Assembly (NCBI RefSeq): GCF_006345805.1
Contig: NC_042997.1
Span: 26,970,001 to 27,034,000 of the forward strand
DNA from: Octopus sinensis
Lineage: Eukaryota
DNA length: 64,000 nucleotides
Reading direction: 5' to 3'
A program made the translations under genes and the position numbers. This document shows positions 63,843 to 64,000 of the stretch, piece by piece. Under the pieces are notes generated by a model. The model worked only from the letters and a program-made list of their open reading frames with translations, made no database searches and was not told the DNA's origin. The first letter of the stretch is position 1. Every line of letters starts with the position of its first letter.

Positions 63843-64000
63843 AGGCTCATTATAAAATTGAAAGAGAAATCTACGGAAATTAATTAAGAATGTTCAGTTG
63901 ATGTGATGCTTTTCTAGTAGTTAATCAAAGGCCACATTGTCTGAAATCAAATCTAGCGGGAGCTGATTTACTCCCGAACAGCAATAGTATGTTAAGATAC

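Overview
AT-rich, microsatellite-dense animal genomic DNA, most likely from an octopus or other coleoid cephalopod. The species call is inferred from the tRNA-derived SINE families and the repeat landscape and is not proven. The only clear host coding sequence is one large + strand exon (acceptor at 44285/44286, ATG at 44612, donor GTGAGT at 45630). It encodes the N-terminus, M1, cap and first pore helix of a two-pore-domain (K2P/KCNK) potassium channel, and I could not find the next exon in the window. A second short candidate exon lies at 10201-10285. The rest is intron or intergenic DNA containing three SINE families, mariner/Tc1 relics (one full length), two CR1-group LINE fragments, non-autonomous Helitrons, and R4/Dong-like retroelement fragments stacked inside a (TAA)n array. 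The most unusual signal is a set of Penelope-like fold-back or (TA)n-abutting elements from several unrelated families. Each carries a minimal type I hammerhead-ribozyme fold with a palindromic stem III and a non-canonical core (U3-A8 covariant, C4 variant, or an 8-nt CUGUNGAA core), and several lie within perfect or near-perfect inverted repeats. All alignments and folds were read by eye and no search or folding program was run.
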